A DNA stretch of 64,000 bases. It comes from Blastocladiella emersonii ATCC 22665. Its lineage: Eukaryota; Fungi; Blastocladiomycota. The DNA lies in assembly GCA_025594325.1 (NCBI GenBank), contig JANHCV010000015.1, positions 620,001 to 684,000 on the forward strand. The letters are read 5' to 3'. The translations under genes were made by a program, and so were the position numbers. Positions 11,959 to 23,800 of this stretch are shown here, piece by piece; within the stretch, counting starts at the first letter, position 1; each line of letters starts with the position of its first letter. The notes below the pieces were generated by a model. That model worked only from the letters and a program-made list of their open reading frames with translations. It was not told the DNA's origin and did no database searches.

Positions 11959-12097
11959 AGCTCGTGCGGGTTCGCGTCGCACTGGGTTCGGATTGGCCTT
12001 GAGTTTTCTTGTAATAAATGTTTTCGCTGGTTTGTTTCATTCCTTGAGCGTACAAGTAATAGCCCGGTTGAGGGGGCGAACACGCGAGAGACAGTTT

Positions 12098-12121
12098 GAG
12101 ACGCGTCGATCAATCATGTGA
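12098..12121 (+). promoter_or_regulatory. Composite motif GAGACGCGT-N8-CATGTGA (MluI/MCB core + E-box-like); best-conserved copy
   Basis: Related copies at ~8393-8413, 17108-17131, 18311-18334, 46655-46677 (minus strand, 23/23 identical) and 42420-42444 (minus strand, N9). Confidence 0.5.
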
Positions 12122-12236
12122 TTCATATGGTCGTGTGGCGTTTCCCGTTCCCATCGCGAGGCTGAACGCGAGGCGAGGTTCACACGCTCGGGCCGTGCTC
12201 CCCTCGTCCTCACTCACCACGGCCCATGTAAAACCA

Positions 12237-13657
12237 ATGAAGAAGAAGCAAAAGAAGTCTAACACTACCCGCATCAGCTCCACCGCTGCGGGCAGACCTG
12301 CGAACGCGGCCCCGTCTGCGCCGCCCGCACCGCCCGCCCTTCCGACGCTGACGTGCACCTCCGTCGCGGCCGAGGACCGCGCGCGCCACTTCTACCCGCT
12401 CGGGCGCTCGTACCCGCGTGACTTGGCCATGAACCACTTCCCCGTCGGACGCGAGGATATCAACGTGCTTGCGTTCCAGTGCGGCGACTTGCGCGACGTG
12501 GCGCGCACGATCAGCGACGCGAAGCGTAATTATGCCAAGGCGAACCTCAATTTCACGCTTAGCGATACGCATCCGGAGGTGCTTGTCCGTAGTCTTCTTG
12601 TGCTTCGCGCCGTCCAAGCGCACGACGACAGCGGCGGCGGCAATATCTCGTTTCCCGACTTGTACGTCGCCCAGCTGCTCTACTCGCACGTCATTTATCC
12701 CGATGCCCTCGCGTTCTGGAGCAAGCACATGCGCGACCTCCTCTCGATGGACTTGCGGGCGGCTGGCCCGATTCGACTCTTGGACGACGGTACGCAGCGC
12801 GCAATCCATCATTGCTTGACGTTTTGGCTCGCCGCCAACTGGTCAGTCGATGACCTGGACAACACGCGCGACGCTTGTTTTGGTCGCGTAGGCGACCCGG
12901 TGGACGGTGGCGCGGATCGGCAAGATTCACTCCCGCGCCCAAGCAATTGCGTTTAACTCGCTTCGCTATGCACTTCCTGCCAACATGGCCGCGCTCGAGC
13001 GGGACCTAGACCCGCTGAGTATCCGCGATGCAAGCGGCGCCGCGTCAAGCACCGGGCCTGAGCCATCCGCTGCAGACCAGGTGCGCTTTCTCTCGAATAC
13101 CGTCATTCGGCTTTTTATGGCATTTCAAGCACGGCTATCGTGTCATCGAGGTCGTGACGGCCAAGGGCACAGCGCCGGTTGCTGTGACTCTGCTTCACCG
13201 CGTGCCAGTCGTCCCGCCTGCAAGCGTTGCCCACGGCCCGACGCTCGTCCTCTTGATCGAGTTCATTCTGCACCCGTACATCGCGCGGCGGCCGCCGTCG
13301 CCTTGCTGGATCATCGACAAAGAAAACGTGCGGCTGCTCCGCGAAATAGGAGGCAAAGCGCTCCGCGGCAACGCGAAAGTGACGCAGCTCGTTGTCCCAC
13401 GCGCATACCTTCCTTGCCTTGTCGACTGTCTGCTGTTTGCCTTCTCTTCCATCCCGCGCAAGGTTTACAACAACGAGGCCAACTTTGAGCCCGCGTTCTT
13501 TGAAGTGGTCAAGTCGCGGCTCTTCCGCGCCCACCTGCTGCCGCTGTTCGCACCTCCTGGCAGCGAGCGCGACGGCTCCGTCGAGCGTGACAACGAGGAT
13601 GCAAACGAGTAAAGCCCCGATTTTGGTGTAGTTGACGACCGGATCGTCGAGGTTTGA
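12237..13657 (+). pseudogene. DUF4470 family copy 2; about 2-kb internal deletion at ~12915, frameshift at ~13115, premature TAA at 13610
   Basis: The N-terminal DUF4470 part (HFYPLGRSYPRDL..QCGDLRD) joins directly to the C-terminal part (RIGKIHSR..., EANFEPAFF). The canonical end DDRIVEV* is at 13634-13657, in frame after the TAA. Confidence 0.78.
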
Positions 13658-16600
13658 ATGAACGATGGTACGTGCGCGTCGACGACCGACGAGGACCGCA
13701 CGCATAACTTCTTCCCGTTCGGCCGCTCGTATCCTCGCGACCTTCACATGCACCACTTGGCTGCCAGCTGCAAGGAGCTCAACACGCTTGTCTTCCAGTG
13801 CGGCGACCTGCGCGACGTTGCCCGCACGATTGCCGACTCGAAGCGCAAGTACGCCGATGCCAACCTCAACTTCCTGGTCAGCGACACGAACCCGGAAGTC
13901 CTCGTCCGCAGCTTGCTCGTGCTTCGCGCCGTCCAGACGCACCGTGACAGCGATATCTCGACCCTCGCACTGCATGTGGCCCAGCTCCTTTACTCGTGTA
14001 AAATCTATCCCGACGCGCTCGATTTTTGGCGCAAGCACATGCGCGACCTCCTCGACATGAAATGGCCTTCGGATGTCGCTGTTCGACTCTTCGATGCCGA
14101 GACGGAGCGCGCGATCCATCACTGCCTTACGGCTTGGCTCGCTTGTGACTGGTCTGTCGAGAAGTTGGACCGTAAGCGCCGAGAAGCGCAGCTTCACTTC
14201 GAAGATCCGGTCGTTGGAAGCGAGCGCCTTGACCGGATGGGCGACGACTTGGATCTCCGCGCCATCGACGAGAGCGGGGCCGACCCGCCCAATGCTGCGA
14301 AGAAGGAGGCGATTGCCATCGAGACTTTTGGGCTGATCGCAATCGGTGTCGATTTCATGCACCCACGTGGTCGGCGCCGCGTTGGTGGCTATGTTGGGAC
14401 GACCGAACCTTATAAAGCGCCCTCTGTCAATCCGACCTTGCTTCTCGCTCGCGACGACGGCTCGCTCGAGTACGGCGGCCCCAACACGCTTGCACCGCTC
14501 CATCAGCTCGTTCTTGACTTTGACGATATTCTCGGCGGTATCCACCGCGATGTGGTGCAGCTTGTGTCGATTCTTGTCGAGCAATTTGGGCCCAAGGCCG
14601 AGCTGCGCCGCCAGGGCAAGTCGAAGGCCGTTCCTTACGTTAGCGTTCACTCTTGGGCGAACCGGCCATGCGACCCGGCCTTTCATTGTAGTATCGCTTT
14701 CGCGTCTGGCCAGACGCTCGCCCTAATGGAAAAGCTTGCCAATCGGCCGCAGCGCTTCCATGTCGTGGAGACCGGGACCATCGCGGATGACCACGGCCTT
14801 CTCAACGTTCTTGTGCACGCATCCCCGCTTCTCGGCAGCAACTGGCAGTACAATCGCAGCGTCGTTCGTGCTGCAACCGAGCGCGCTTGGGACTCGCGCG
14901 AGGATTTCGTACGCGACGCGGTTCCCCTCTCCTTCGAGGCGTACCCTACGCTGCTTGGTGTCAGCCTGTACGAGCGAGCTTCCGATGATCACTGGTCGAC
15001 GCACGCGAGCCGGTTCGCCTGGAGCACCGCGCGCGTCGAGGGACGCGACCAGCCGCACCGCGAGGAGTTTACCTTCTACCGCCACGAGTTCCCGACGGTG
15101 CCCATCTCGCTTGCCAAGTCGCCCTTCCTGCTCGACTCGCTTGTGCAGTGCATCGAGACGCTTGCTTGTTCACACGGTACGTGCGCCTTCGTTTCTTTTG
15201 AGGTATTGGGTATATATCTCGCTTCTCACCCATGTTTCCATCGGAACCGTGTAGAGCGTTCGCGCCTCACGGGTGGGCTTCTCCCGAAGCTACTCGGGTT
15301 TGCGCTCTCTGCTGGTCGAATTTCTTGGGATGGCCCAACAATGGTTTCGCCTCCATGGCCGGATATGCATCAGCTTTGGACCATGGTCAATACTTGTTCA
15401 TCTCTTCTTCCTCACGCAAGTGAAATCTTTGCACAGGCGCAGCTTCACGGCTTCCCGATCAGCGTGCACGACATGCAGCACGATGCGCACCTTTCGCGCC
15501 TCGAGTGCATTGTTGAATGCCCATACTACGCTGCGGGGTGTCCGCTGATGCTCCAGCTTGCTGCTGATGGTAAGCTCCACGAATTCCACAGCCTGAGAGT
15601 TTCGCCTGGTGCGGATAGCAAACAGCTTCGCCTCTCGACGTACATTCCGCAGTACCTCGCGGACAAGCTTGCGACCCCGCAGAGAAAGCTCTCCGCTTAC
15701 TTTGACTACAGGCACACGATGCCAGTTTTGGATTTCAAGACGGAGCGTGTTCCAGTCGGTGCGCTTTCCAGTACTTTTGTGAGCAACATCAAGTTTGCGT
15801 CAGAGCGCCGCTACCTTCCTCCTCGCGGCGGCGAGCCTGTGCTTACGCAGCCGGATAAGATTATCTTGCCCATCCTGCATGCGACGGAGGAGCGCGACGT
15901 GATCCGCCTCGTACTTTCGGTTCCGCCGTCGCGGCAGCCGCTTCGGTTTGGGACGCTTGCTATCGGAATGGAGGAGGCTCGCTGCGCAGAGGGCGGTGCG
16001 ATTGTCGTTTCGGGCCCCGATTTGCAGATCATGCAGTTCTCGTACCGCGTCGGCGTCGTCAGTGTCGCTGCTGCTCCAGGCTCAATCTTCAATGTGACGG
16101 CTGTGCGCATCCTGTCGCCGGTGAACGAAGCGGTCGCGCTGGGTGAGATGTACCCGAATATTGCTGATTACTCAGACCGCTTCCCGCTTGGCAAGGTCGA
16201 CTCGCGCGACCAGATGACCGCGCTCGCCTCGCTCCAGCACGCGATCTCGACGGGTGAAATTGACGCTGCGGCGCTCGAGCATGCACTCAAGTCGGCCCGT
16301 GTGGATGATTCGAGTGGCCCTGCTTTGGCGGCCGCGAAAAAGCCATCGGCGGCAGACCAGGCGTTTTTCCTCGGCATCCTCGTCTGGGAGCTGTTCGTCG
16401 AATTTGTTCGCGGGGCTCGCGTCATTGAGCTTACGGTATCGGACGATTCTTCACTCGTCGCCGTCATCCTGATGCACGGCGTGACCGTTGTGCCACCCGC
16501 GAGCCACGCACATGCTCCCACGCCCGTCCTCAACCTCGAATTCATTCTGGACCCATCGATTGCGACTCCTACTCCTTCGCCCGAGTGGATCATCGACGAT

Positions 16601-16975
16601 GGCAACAAGCGCTTGCTTCCGCTGATTGCGGGCAACGCGCACCGTGGCAAGGCGAAGGTGCGGCGGCTCAAGGTCCCGCGCGCGTACCTTCCCTGCCTCG
16701 TCGACTGTCTCATGCTTGCCTTCTCGTCGATTCCGTTCAAGATGTCCTTCAACGAGGCCAACTTCGAGCCCGCGTTCTTTAAGCAGGTCAAGTCGCGTCT
16801 CTTCCGCGCCTACTTGCTCCCGCTCTACCATCCGCCAGGCGCCGAGTGTCCTCGTGCCTCAAGCCAGAAGGGCGAGGCTGACGACGGCAACGCCGCCGAG
16901 AGCGAGACCATCGATGCGGGCGGTGCTGACGACGAGCAACCTGGTGCTGGAGACGATCGGATCGTCGAAGTTTGA
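13658..16975 (+). CDS. DUF4470 family copy 3, the only uninterrupted full-length-domain member (1105 aa unspliced; in-frame 78-nt intron 15177-15254); lacks the MKKK leader
   Basis: Single long ORF colinear with copy 1. A GTACGT..GTAG intron sits at the family's conserved phase-1 position. Ends DDRIVEV*. Confidence 0.72.
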   Translation: MNDGTCASTTDEDRTHNFFPFGRSYPRDLHMHHLAASCKELNTLVFQCGDLRDVARTIADSKRKYADANLNFLVSDTNPEVLVRSLLVLRAVQTHRDSDISTLALHVAQLLYSCKIYPDALDFWRKHMRDLLDMKWPSDVAVRLFDAETERAIHHCLTAWLACDWSVEKLDRKRREAQLHFEDPVVGSERLDRMGDDLDLRAIDESGADPPNAAKKEAIAIETFGLIAIGVDFMHPRGRRRVGGYVGTTEPYKAPSVNPTLLLARDDGSLEYGGPNTLAPLHQLVLDFDDILGGIHRDVVQLVSILVEQFGPKAELRRQGKSKAVPYVSVHSWANRPCDPAFHCSIAFASGQTLALMEKLANRPQRFHVVETGTIADDHGLLNVLVHASPLLGSNWQYNRSVVRAATERAWDSREDFVRDAVPLSFEAYPTLLGVSLYERASDDHWSTHASRFAWSTARVEGRDQPHREEFTFYRHEFPTVPISLAKSPFLLDSLVQCIETLACSHGTCAFVSFEVLGIYLASHPCFHRNRVERSRLTGGLLPKLLGFALSAGRISWDGPTMVSPPWPDMHQLWTMVNTCSSLLPHASEIFAQAQLHGFPISVHDMQHDAHLSRLECIVECPYYAAGCPLMLQLAADGKLHEFHSLRVSPGADSKQLRLSTYIPQYLADKLATPQRKLSAYFDYRHTMPVLDFKTERVPVGALSSTFVSNIKFASERRYLPPRGGEPVLTQPDKIILPILHATEERDVIRLVLSVPPSRQPLRFGTLAIGMEEARCAEGGAIVVSGPDLQIMQFSYRVGVVSVAAAPGSIFNVTAVRILSPVNEAVALGEMYPNIADYSDRFPLGKVDSRDQMTALASLQHAISTGEIDAAALEHALKSARVDDSSGPALAAAKKPSAADQAFFLGILVWELFVEFVRGARVIELTVSDDSSLVAVILMHGVTVVPPASHAHAPTPVLNLEFILDPSIATPTPSPEWIIDDGNKRLLPLIAGNAHRGKAKVRRLKVPRAYLPCLVDCLMLAFSSIPFKMSFNEANFEPAFFKQVKSRLFRAYLLPLYHPPGAECPRASSQKGEADDGNAAESETIDAGGADDEQPGAGDDRIVEV

Positions 16976-17229
16976 ATGGTGAGCGAAGAGCGTGCCTCGC
17001 GAAGTTGTGTCACATTTCAGTTTACGAACGTGTAATTTTTATTCCATGGCTCTCGCTTGAAGTAGCTCATCCGCGTGATTGATGCGGCGACTCGTGCGAG
17101 ACAATTCGAGACGCGTCGATATATCATGTGATGTCAGCCTCCTGGTCACTTGATCGCCTTCGGGGTCAGCCCTCACTTTGCTCGCTGCCGAACGGCAACG
17201 TTTCCCTCCCGGCGACGCATGCTACACCA

Positions 17230-18179
17230 ATGAAGAAAAAGCAAAAGAAACGCAGTACTTTATGCAACCGCTCTGCCGCTGCAGACGGGTCGACTTCCTC
17301 GGCTTCCACGGCGCCGCTCGCGCTTAGGACATTGACATGCACGTCGACCGCTGGCGGGGACCACTCGGTCGACTTCTTCCCGTTTGGGCGCTCTTATCCG
17401 CGCAACTTACTCATGCATCACTCGCTGGAAGGGTGCAAGGAGCTTAATGTCCTCGTGTTCCAGTGCAGCGATCCCGGTGCGTTGACTTTTGCCCCCTGCC
17501 TGACTCTATGAATGTTCGCTGACACTCATCCCTCGACCAGCTTCGAATGCGACCGGTAATCTCGTTGCAAAACTGCTCGGCTTTGCCCTTTCCGCCGGCC
17601 GTATCGCGTCGAGAGGGCCACCGCCATTTTCCGACCCTTTGCCCGGCTTGCGTGAACTCTGGATCTCGATTCGTAGCAGTCATTTGCTCGCGCCTTTCGC
17701 CAGCGAGATCTTTGCACAGGCGCGGCTCTGCGGCTTCCCCATCGATTTCAGGGGTCCGTGGGGCGAGAGCGAACTCCATCGCATCGACGGTGTGGTGAAC
17801 CGCCCTGTAGCGGCGAGCGACGTCCCACTTTCCCTTCAAATCGATGCAGGCGAACTTGTCCATGAGTTCCGCAGCTTGCGAGTTGCTTCCGGCGGCACCA
17901 GCGAGCGGCTGCGCATATCGACGTATGTCCCGTATGAGCTTGCCAGGCAAGTCCATTGGGGTCAAGTTGCGCTTAGCGTTCACTTTGGCAATGTCTGCCA
18001 GCTCCCGCTTGACCAGATCACCGCGACGCCCGTTCCGTTCGGCGCTCTCTCGAACACTTTCTCGTCCGCTTCGAGCCACTCAAACCACGCTCATTTCCCG
18101 CCCATGTTCTTTCCCTTGCTCAGCCACCAGGCGCCAAACGTCACCTCCACTCGCTGACAAGCGGATCATTGAGGTTTGA
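17230..18179 (+). pseudogene. DUF4470 family copy 4, doubly internally deleted mini-gene (intron 17477-17540; spliced frame open to 18157)
   Basis: MKKKQKK...FFPFGRSYPRNL..QCSD jumps to the conserved intron and then LVAKLLGFALSAGRI. A second jump after SNTFSS leads to DKRIIEV* in another frame. Confidence 0.7.
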
Positions 18180-18788
18180 GCGACGGTCGGTCGCGTTGTG
18201 TCGTGTTGCGTCGTTTCGCGCTGGAATCAGTACACGTAGTTATATTTTTTGAGTTATTTCCTAATCGCGCGATGACCCGGTTGAGGTGCTCCGCGCACGC
18301 GAGGCTTTGAGAGACGCGTCAAACAATTATGTGAGGTCGTTCGACCTACTTGAGCCGCGGTTGGGACAAAGTAGCTGCTCGGGAATCGCGGGTTGGCCGT
18401 GTCCGCTGTTCACTTAGCGACCCGTACCCAGGCCCAACTCGATCACCATTCGCATCAAACCGGCGAGCGCTGCTGGCGGACGAATCATGCAACAATCAAC
18501 ATCTGGCCTCATCAAACATGACTACTCAAGCCGAGGTGCTTCAGAAAAGCGGTTATTACTGTACTCGAGTGCGCAGGAGTGACAAACTGACGCGTCGTTC
18601 ATCTGCCATGCGCCTCACCTGACTGTTCACCAGCTGTCCACCATGGGCAAGTTCATGTCCAGATCGATCACAGGCGATGGCCAGCAGCCCTACTCAAGAC
18701 CAGGCTCAGTGAACCGACTTGCTCCGGCACAAAAGCAAGCGCGCGCGAAAACATCGTTTGTTCTCTCTCTCAAACTCAACGACAAGCC

Positions 18789-20564
18789 ATGTATCGCTTC
18801 CCGTCCAGTAATCGCAGCAACCGAGGCCGCGGCGGCCGTGGCGGCTATCCCAATCACTTCAACAAGCCGCCCATGTCGCTGGTCTGGGAGTCGCCATCCT
18901 TTCCTGGCGCGTACACCGGGCGTGTGATCGGCCCCAAGGCCGCGTACTTCAAGGCGGTGCAGGCCAAGTTTCCTGGGCTGCGCCTCCGCGTCGAGCCGCA
19001 TGGCGAGCTGTCCGCGACCCAGGGCAACGACAATGCTTTCTTTGATTCCCCGCACGTCGTGCGCGTTTTTGCGCACGCTGACGCTCTTGTGTCTGTGGAC
19101 TGCGTCCAGCGCATTTTTGAGCCGTTCCTTGCCCAGCTTGCCACAGCATTTCCAGCTACGCTTCACGCCTTTGAAGTGGTTCCCGACGACAAGTTTGCGC
19201 TGCAGCTCGAGCTCATTCCCGACGGCGACCGCTTTATTGGTGTCTTTGATACCCCGCCGCCCTACTATCGCCTCGTACCTGCTGCCGAGCACTGTCTTCC
19301 GCTGGCAGCGGCCCCGATCTCAGCCGACGACTTGATGGCCAGCGAGATGACCAAGCTCTCACTCCATCGCACCGTGGGGCAGCGTCGTCCTTACATTGAC
19401 GTGCTCAAGGACGGCACGCATCGTGACATCGCCGTCACGTTGGTCAAACGTCGGTCCGAGATCCTTGCGTGGGCCGCGACTCGAGCGCCCAAGGACTTCA
19501 TCTCTGGAAACATTGTCCAGCTCAAGGCTTCGCTAGGCGAGCTGATCTTCCACGGACCAATGAAGGGCCGCATGCACGTTGCTGCACCTGCTCCCTACGC
19601 TCTGCTTGAAGAGCCGGCGTACAAGTTTCTGGTCGGCGATCTTTCCAAGGCGCTCGAGGGCAAGGAGCTGAAGACCGCCTTCAACACCAGTATGCCTGAT
19701 TCTGCAACGGACGCCGTCTTGGACCTGCTTAAACATGCTTCACTTGGTTTCGAGTGCACTTCGAGCGGCGAGATCAAACTGATTGCCAAGTTCCGCTTGC
19801 TCACCGCCGACATGGATGCCCTCGCGCCGCACTTCAACCCGTACGCCGTGCAGAACGAGTACCGCGCCGAGTTCTCGTACGAGCCCGCGACAGCCAAACG
19901 CCCGGCACGCATCGGCTTGGATGGGGTGCGGCTCAACCTCGTGTCTGTTGACAAGTACTCGGTGGCGACGCCGGGCGGGATCGGGTTCCGCGTGCGCCAG
20001 GCGGTGCAGATGTGGGACTCGTCCACGGCCAACGGCAGCGTGCACCCAGCTGCGCTGCAGGTGGCGGGCCGCGTGGGCGAGTACTTGACCGAAAATATCG
20101 GGGTGATCGCCCAGCTCGCTTTCGAGATGCGGGATGGGGTCACGACAAATCTCACGCTCCCCGTACTCGATGATTTGGCCATGGCTGGCTGTGCTTCCAT
20201 GGTGATTCTTCTCGAGGTCGGCTCGCAGTACGTCCGCGACGCCACGGCCGTCTCAGTGACGCGCATCACGTCCATTGTGTCGCAATACGATCGCCAGCGC
20301 CTTCAGAACCTTCAAGTGATGCCCACGGGCGTCATGGGCGACGAGAATATGGTCCCGCTGTACCATCAGCCAACGCCAGTGAACACGCAGATCACCGCGC
20401 ACCGGTTTGGCTATGGGGACCTGTCGGTCATCCACGAAGGCGCTGGGACCGACACGAGTGACGCCGAGGAGACGATTATCGAGTTCATGCAGCTCCTTGA
20501 GCTCCTCGCCGCTGAGGCGACCAAGGCCACGGTTGTGGATGGGTCGTTGCACCCTGCCGCTTGA
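18789..20564 (+). CDS. Orphan 591-aa protein with N-terminal RGG segment and KH-like motif
   Basis: Intact intronless ORF. RGRGGRGG is followed by TGRVIGPKAAYFKAVQAKFPGLRLRV (KH GxxG loop varied to GPKA). The remainder is unrecognised. Confidence 0.7.
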   Translation: MYRFPSSNRSNRGRGGRGGYPNHFNKPPMSLVWESPSFPGAYTGRVIGPKAAYFKAVQAKFPGLRLRVEPHGELSATQGNDNAFFDSPHVVRVFAHADALVSVDCVQRIFEPFLAQLATAFPATLHAFEVVPDDKFALQLELIPDGDRFIGVFDTPPPYYRLVPAAEHCLPLAAAPISADDLMASEMTKLSLHRTVGQRRPYIDVLKDGTHRDIAVTLVKRRSEILAWAATRAPKDFISGNIVQLKASLGELIFHGPMKGRMHVAAPAPYALLEEPAYKFLVGDLSKALEGKELKTAFNTSMPDSATDAVLDLLKHASLGFECTSSGEIKLIAKFRLLTADMDALAPHFNPYAVQNEYRAEFSYEPATAKRPARIGLDGVRLNLVSVDKYSVATPGGIGFRVRQAVQMWDSSTANGSVHPAALQVAGRVGEYLTENIGVIAQLAFEMRDGVTTNLTLPVLDDLAMAGCASMVILLEVGSQYVRDATAVSVTRITSIVSQYDRQRLQNLQVMPTGVMGDENMVPLYHQPTPVNTQITAHRFGYGDLSVIHEGAGTDTSDAEETIIEFMQLLELLAAEATKATVVDGSLHPAA

Positions 20565-20870
20565 TTTCTGCAGGTACCAGAACATCGAGTCAAATACAGA
20601 CTATTTTTTTAACTTTGTTTTGTCAGCACCGGCTTCGGAGATTGGGTCAGCGGATGCGCGGATGAGCATCGCGTCGGTTGACGTGTTTGGCAGGGTGCTG
20701 ACTCTGCGCCATCGAGTCGACGTGGCGCGCCGTCGTCATCGCCGGTTCGCTTGCCGCGCCAGTAAGCACCGCTCCCTCCTCTCTCCCGCGAGTCCAACTC
20801 CATGCAACGCGTCTCTCACGCACACGAGAACACATCCGCAAACCACCCGAACCTCCACACCAACACCCTC

Positions 20871-23800
20871 ATGGACGACGACTGGCTTCCCGCGGCCGCT
20901 GTCGCCGGCGCCGACCCGTTCGCCCACCTCGCGCGCCTCGCCGGTCTTGGCGACGCCGCTCACCCGCTCCCCGTGCGTGGCGACGCGGCCGGCTGGTCGT
21001 GGACGAGACCCGCGCGCGACGCCGACCTCGACGGCGACATGGACGATCTCGCCGACATGGACGATACGATCGAGGGCGACGGCGACTGGGCCGTCGAGGG
21101 CATGGGCGACGAGGACCGCGACGAGGCCGGCGACACCGCCATGCTCGACAACGAGGTGGTCGCGTCGCTCGAGTCCGCGCTCGCCGACTCGGCCAACGCC
21201 GACCCCGCCGCGCAGCAGGGCGAGGATAGCGGGCTCGCTGGCCGCGACGCCACGTCGCCGATCCCCTCGGGTGCATCGGCAACGACGGGCCCCGCGCTCC
21301 TCGCGCTGCCCCTCCCGACCAAGCCCGGCCGCCCCGATCTCCCGTTCGAGGCCCACTTCCACCTCGCGTCGCTGCCCTACGCGACTTCGACCGAGTTCCG
21401 CGCCGAGCCCGCCCGCCACATCCGCCGCATCTACGCCGAGCTCGCGGCAGCCGCCGCCGACGGCGACGTGGCGACCGGCGTCATCTACTGGACACGCCGC
21501 CTGCACGCGTACCTCGACACCAAGTTCCCGCTCGCGCTCGACGACCGCGTCGCGTTCGTCCGGTTCTACTACGAGCTCATCATCACGCCCGATATGGACA
21601 TGTCGCTCATCGAGGCGTGGGCCAACATGGCGACGCGACTTCTCAAGTACGTTCTTGCGCGCTGCCCGCTTGAGAGAACCCGACTCACATCATCCCTGAC
21701 CTACTCGTAGGAAAAAGGAGCTGCTCAAGCCGGCCGCCGACACGCTGCGCTTCGAGTGGCGCCCGCTCGCCGACCTGATCGTCACGGTGCGCCGCAAGTC
21801 GCTACCGCCCGTCCCAACCACCTTCTGGCAGCAGCTGCTCGCGCTCGGCCGTTTCCTCGACCTCGCTTCGCCCTACTTTGACGCGTCCGCCGCCGACGAG
21901 GTGATGCGCGAGTACATCCCAAAGATCTCCCTGTTCGAGATGCAGTACCTGGCGCCGCCGCTCGTCATGATCAATTTCTTTGTCCCGACGCGCCACGCGA
22001 CGCGCGCGCACGTCGACTCGCTGCTCGGCATCTGGCGCCAGGTCGTCCACTGCCCGCCCGTCAACACGGTCATCATGGAGTGGCTCGTGCGCGTGGTGCA
22101 GGACCACCCGTGGGCGACGCACGCCGACTGGTGGCGCCCCGCGCACGACCTGCCGGAGCTGTACGCGATCGGCATGCGCATGCTCGACCTCCCCGTCGGG
22201 TCCTCGGACACGGGCGGCACCACGGTGCGCGCCGGCGGGTCGTCGACGCTCAACCTGCCGCCCAAGTTCGAGCTGTCCGAGAGCGTCGTCATGAAGCTTT
22301 TCCAGCGCAAGCGCCTGTACACGCGCATGCGCGTCCTCGCCGCATGGATCGTCGCGACCATCGACTTCCCCGGCGCCATGGACCACCTCACCTCGCTCAT
22401 CCGCGCCGTCGAGCCCTTCGCGCACCCGAGCAACCGCGGCGCCTGGACGCCCAACCTCAGCAAGCTCATCCACGCGCTCGCGTCGCGGTTCATCCGCCGC
22501 ATCTCGGACAACGACAACCCGCCGTCCGACACCCTGCGCGCGTTGACGCGTCCGTTCGTCGAGCTGCTCCGCGGACCCGTGTTCCAGCTGCTCCACGCCC
22601 GCGACAACAAGGCCGCGTCGACCGCGCAGGGCGCGATCCGGTACCTCGCCACGCTCGACGCGTCGTCCATCATGCCGACGCTGCTCCAGGAGCACGTGTA
22701 CCCGGCGCTCGGCGGCGACTACCCGGGCGCGGGGATTGCCGGGATGGCGGCCGCGGCCGCCGCGGCGGACGCCGGTGTCCACGCGCACCGCACGCTCACG
22801 GCGATCGTCGCGGCGCGCGCGTCCGTGTGGGCGCTCACGCACCCGACGCTGTGGCCACCGGGCCCGCGCGACCACTTGCTCGAGCTCCTGTTCCTGGTGC
22901 TGCCCGGCATCGACGTCAACGACCACAACAAGACGCTCGCGACGCTGTTGTTCCTGTCGGACGCCTTTTCCGTGTTCCGGTTCGACAACGACGCGCGGTT
23001 CCCCGGCGCCGCGGCGTTTGCCGAGGACTGGATCGCGCAGTTCCTCGCCAAGGTGTTTGCGCTGCTCGAAAACATTGACGCGGCCGGGCCCGACGCCACG
23101 CAGTCGGGCCAGTCGAGCGCCGCCGCCGCCAAGGGCCGCGGGCCCACGGGGATCGAGGGCAACATGGTCCAGTCACTCGTCTACACGTGCACCATCGTCT
23201 TCGCGCAGCTGCCCGCGGACCTGCACGGCATGGCCGCGCGCAAGTTCACCAACTGGGTCCAGTCGCGCACCTTCGCGCAGGCGAGCGACGCCGTCAGCCG
23301 GCTCGTCGCCAACGTCGTATCGCGCGACCCCGCCGCGCACCTGCCGCGCTGGCTCGAGTGGCTCGACGAGCGTGTCGCCGACGAGGTCCACCACGGTGCC
23401 GGGTCCCGCGCCACCGTCCACTCGTCGTCCGTGTCCGAGGGCACCGGCCCGCTGCTGTGGTACCAGACCCTGCTCAAATCGCTCGCCGCGGTTTCGGGGA
23501 CCGCGATCCTCGCGACCGCGCCGCTCTGGGAACGCATCGTCGCCCGCCTTGACCCGCTGCCAAACCGCGCCTCGTTCCGCCACACGCACCGGATCACGCA
23601 GCGGCTCATTGCCGGGCTCACGGGCGTGTACCCCGCCGACTACAACAACACGGACTGGGAGTCGGAGACGGCGGCTGCGGGAAGCACTGGAGGCGACGCC
23701 CTGTTCCCGGCGCCCGGCGACGTCGCGTACCGCTGGCACATCCCGTCCGACGACGAGGTCAAGCTCGCGACCACGTGGCTGACCACGGCGCTCGACCGCG

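Noticed and set aside
8393-18334. CRISPR-like array from the recurring motif
   Set aside because: The copies are kilobases apart, are separated by whole genes, and vary in sequence. The context is eukaryotic and no cas genes are present.
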